In this document: piece after piece, positions 62,872-64,000 of the stretch
Layout: each line of letters begins with the position of its first letter
Position numbering within the stretch: the first letter of the stretch is position 1
Notes under the pieces: generated by a model
What the model was told of the DNA's origin: nothing
The model's input: the letters and a program-made list of their open reading frames with translations, nothing else
Database searches by the model: none
Program-made: the position numbers and the translations under genes
Assembly (NCBI GenBank): GCA_963816185.1
Contig: CAWFJJ010000024.1
Coordinates: forward strand, 128,001 to 192,000
Length of the DNA: 64,000 nt
Origin: Thermoanaerobaculia bacterium
GTDB taxonomy: Bacteria > Acidobacteriota > Thermoanaerobaculia > UBA5066
Reading direction: 5' to 3'

Positions 62872-64000
62872 ACCCGAACCTCTTCGCGCGTCTCGCCGGA
62901 GGCGGCCTCGGGATCGGTCGCGAGGATGGGATCGATCTCGATCTCGAGGAACTCGTCTACCTGCTCGGGCGCGCGCCCGATGAACCGCGCAGGCTCGGAG
63001 GCGGCGATGACCTCGGCGGGCGTGAGGCCGAAAGCCGGGTCGCTTGCGATGCGGAACAGCAGGTCGTTCTCGCCGCCTTCGGCCTTCATGCGGTCGCCCG
63101 CGGCCTGCGTGAGAACGCGCAGCCTCTCGTGGAGAGCCTGTCGGTCGCCGCCCTTCTTGGAGGCGGCCATGAGGATGTTCTCCGTGGCCAGGAACGGCAG
63201 CTCCGCGTCGAGGCGGCGCCTCACGACGGCCGGATGCACGACGAGCCCGTCCGTCACGGCATCCCAGAGGAGAAGGATCGAGTCGGCGGTGAGGAACGAT
63301 TCGCCGAGCGCGAGGCGCCGGTTCGCGGAGTCGTCGAGCGTCCTCTCGAACCACTGCGTCGCGTGCGTCCAGTTCCCGTTGTCCGAGATCGAGAGGAGCC
63401 AGCGTGCGAGAGCGTTCATCCTTTCGCACTTCATCGGGTTGCGCTTGTAAGGCATCGCCGACGAGCCGACCTGCTTGGCGCCGAACGGCTCCTCGACTTC
63501 CTTGAGGTGCTGGAGCAGCCGGACGTCGTTGCCGAACTTCGAGGCCGAGGCCGCGAGGCCGGCGAGGGCCGACAGGACGAGAGCGTCCTGCTTTCGCGTA
63601 TAGGTCTGACCGGAAATCAGGAGGCGGTCGGTGAAACCCGCCTTCATGGCCACGATGCGGTCGAGGCGCTCGGCTTTGTCGGCGTCGCCGTCGAAAAGCG
63701 CGACGAACGACGCCTGTGTGCCCGTGGCTCCCTTACAGCCCAGAAAACGCAGCTCGTCCGCGCGGCGGACGAGCTCGCGGTGGTCGAGGGCGAGATCCTG
63801 GAGCCAGAGGCACGCCCGCTTGCCGACTGTCGTGGGCTGCGCGGCCTGGAAGTGCGTGAAGCCGAGGCAGGGGAGGTCGCGGTAGGCGCGCGCGAACCGC
63901 GCCAGGCGGCCGATGACGCGCACCGTTCGCGTCGCGAGGAGGCGCAAGGCCGCGCGAAGGAGGAGGAGGTCGGCGTTGTCGCCCACGAAGGCCGAGGTCG
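62868..64000 (-). CDS. purB: Adenylosuccinate lyase (partial, runs off window end)
   Basis: GFTHFQAAQ, GATGT, GSSAMPYKRNP, ERTLDDSA. Confidence 0.93.
   Translation of the reverse strand, partial: TSAFVGDNADLLLLRAALRLLATRTVRVIGRLARFARAYRDLPCLGFTHFQAAQPTTVGKRACLWLQDLALDHRELVRRADELRFLGCKGATGTQASFVALFDGDADKAERLDRIVAMKAGFTDRLLISGQTYTRKQDALVLSALAGLAASASKFGNDVRLLQHLKEVEEPFGAKQVGSSAMPYKRNPMKCERMNALARWLLSISDNGNWTHATQWFERTLDDSANRRLALGESFLTADSILLLWDAVTDGLVVHPAVVRRRLDAELPFLATENILMAASKKGGDRQALHERLRVLTQAAGDRMKAEGGENDLLFRIASDPAFGLTPAEVIAASEPARFIGRAPEQVDEFLEIEIDPILATDPEAASGETREEVRV

Noticed and set aside
265-63429. Many long antisense or alternative-frame ORFs rich in Arg/Ala/Pro (e.g. 265-1974+, 9153-11084-, 59360-61444-)
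   Set aside because: Shadow ORFs expected in high-GC DNA; they overlap well-supported genes and carry no motifs.

Overview
Very GC-rich bacterial chromosomal window. Gene content and a characteristic secreted-protein family suggest Acidobacteriota, possibly Thermoanaerobaculia-like (inference). It holds mostly housekeeping genes: imuB/imuA, a DinB/GNAT/macro-domain/YbhB cluster, a long GreA-family factor, S9 peptidase, fdhD, PBP1, HhH-GPD glycosylase, DprE2/DprE1-like pair, ECF sigma/anti-sigma, a DUF4331-TPR-Fpv-like metal ABC operon, tRNA-Sec, cysK, a sigma-54 response regulator, pyrE, dxs, tlyA, NAD kinase, tamB/tamA, ribBA, Moco genes, serA, ddl, rlpA and purB. Many genes from about 19.7 to 56 kb are broken by single-base indels that look like long-read assembly errors. 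The most unusual signal is not a gene. An AT-rich motif of about 20 bp (consensus roughly TTCACCTTC[T/G/A]AAGAAAATCY) occurs about 30 times by eye, in about 10 clusters spaced 3-12 kb apart. Clusters almost always have reverse copies on the left and forward copies on the right, and they are often written into coding sequence. Several clusters also carry a hairpin repeat element with compensatory base changes and a flipped spacer. At two loci (ribBA, imuA) the element sits between two copies of the gene's last codons, which differ mainly at synonymous sites.
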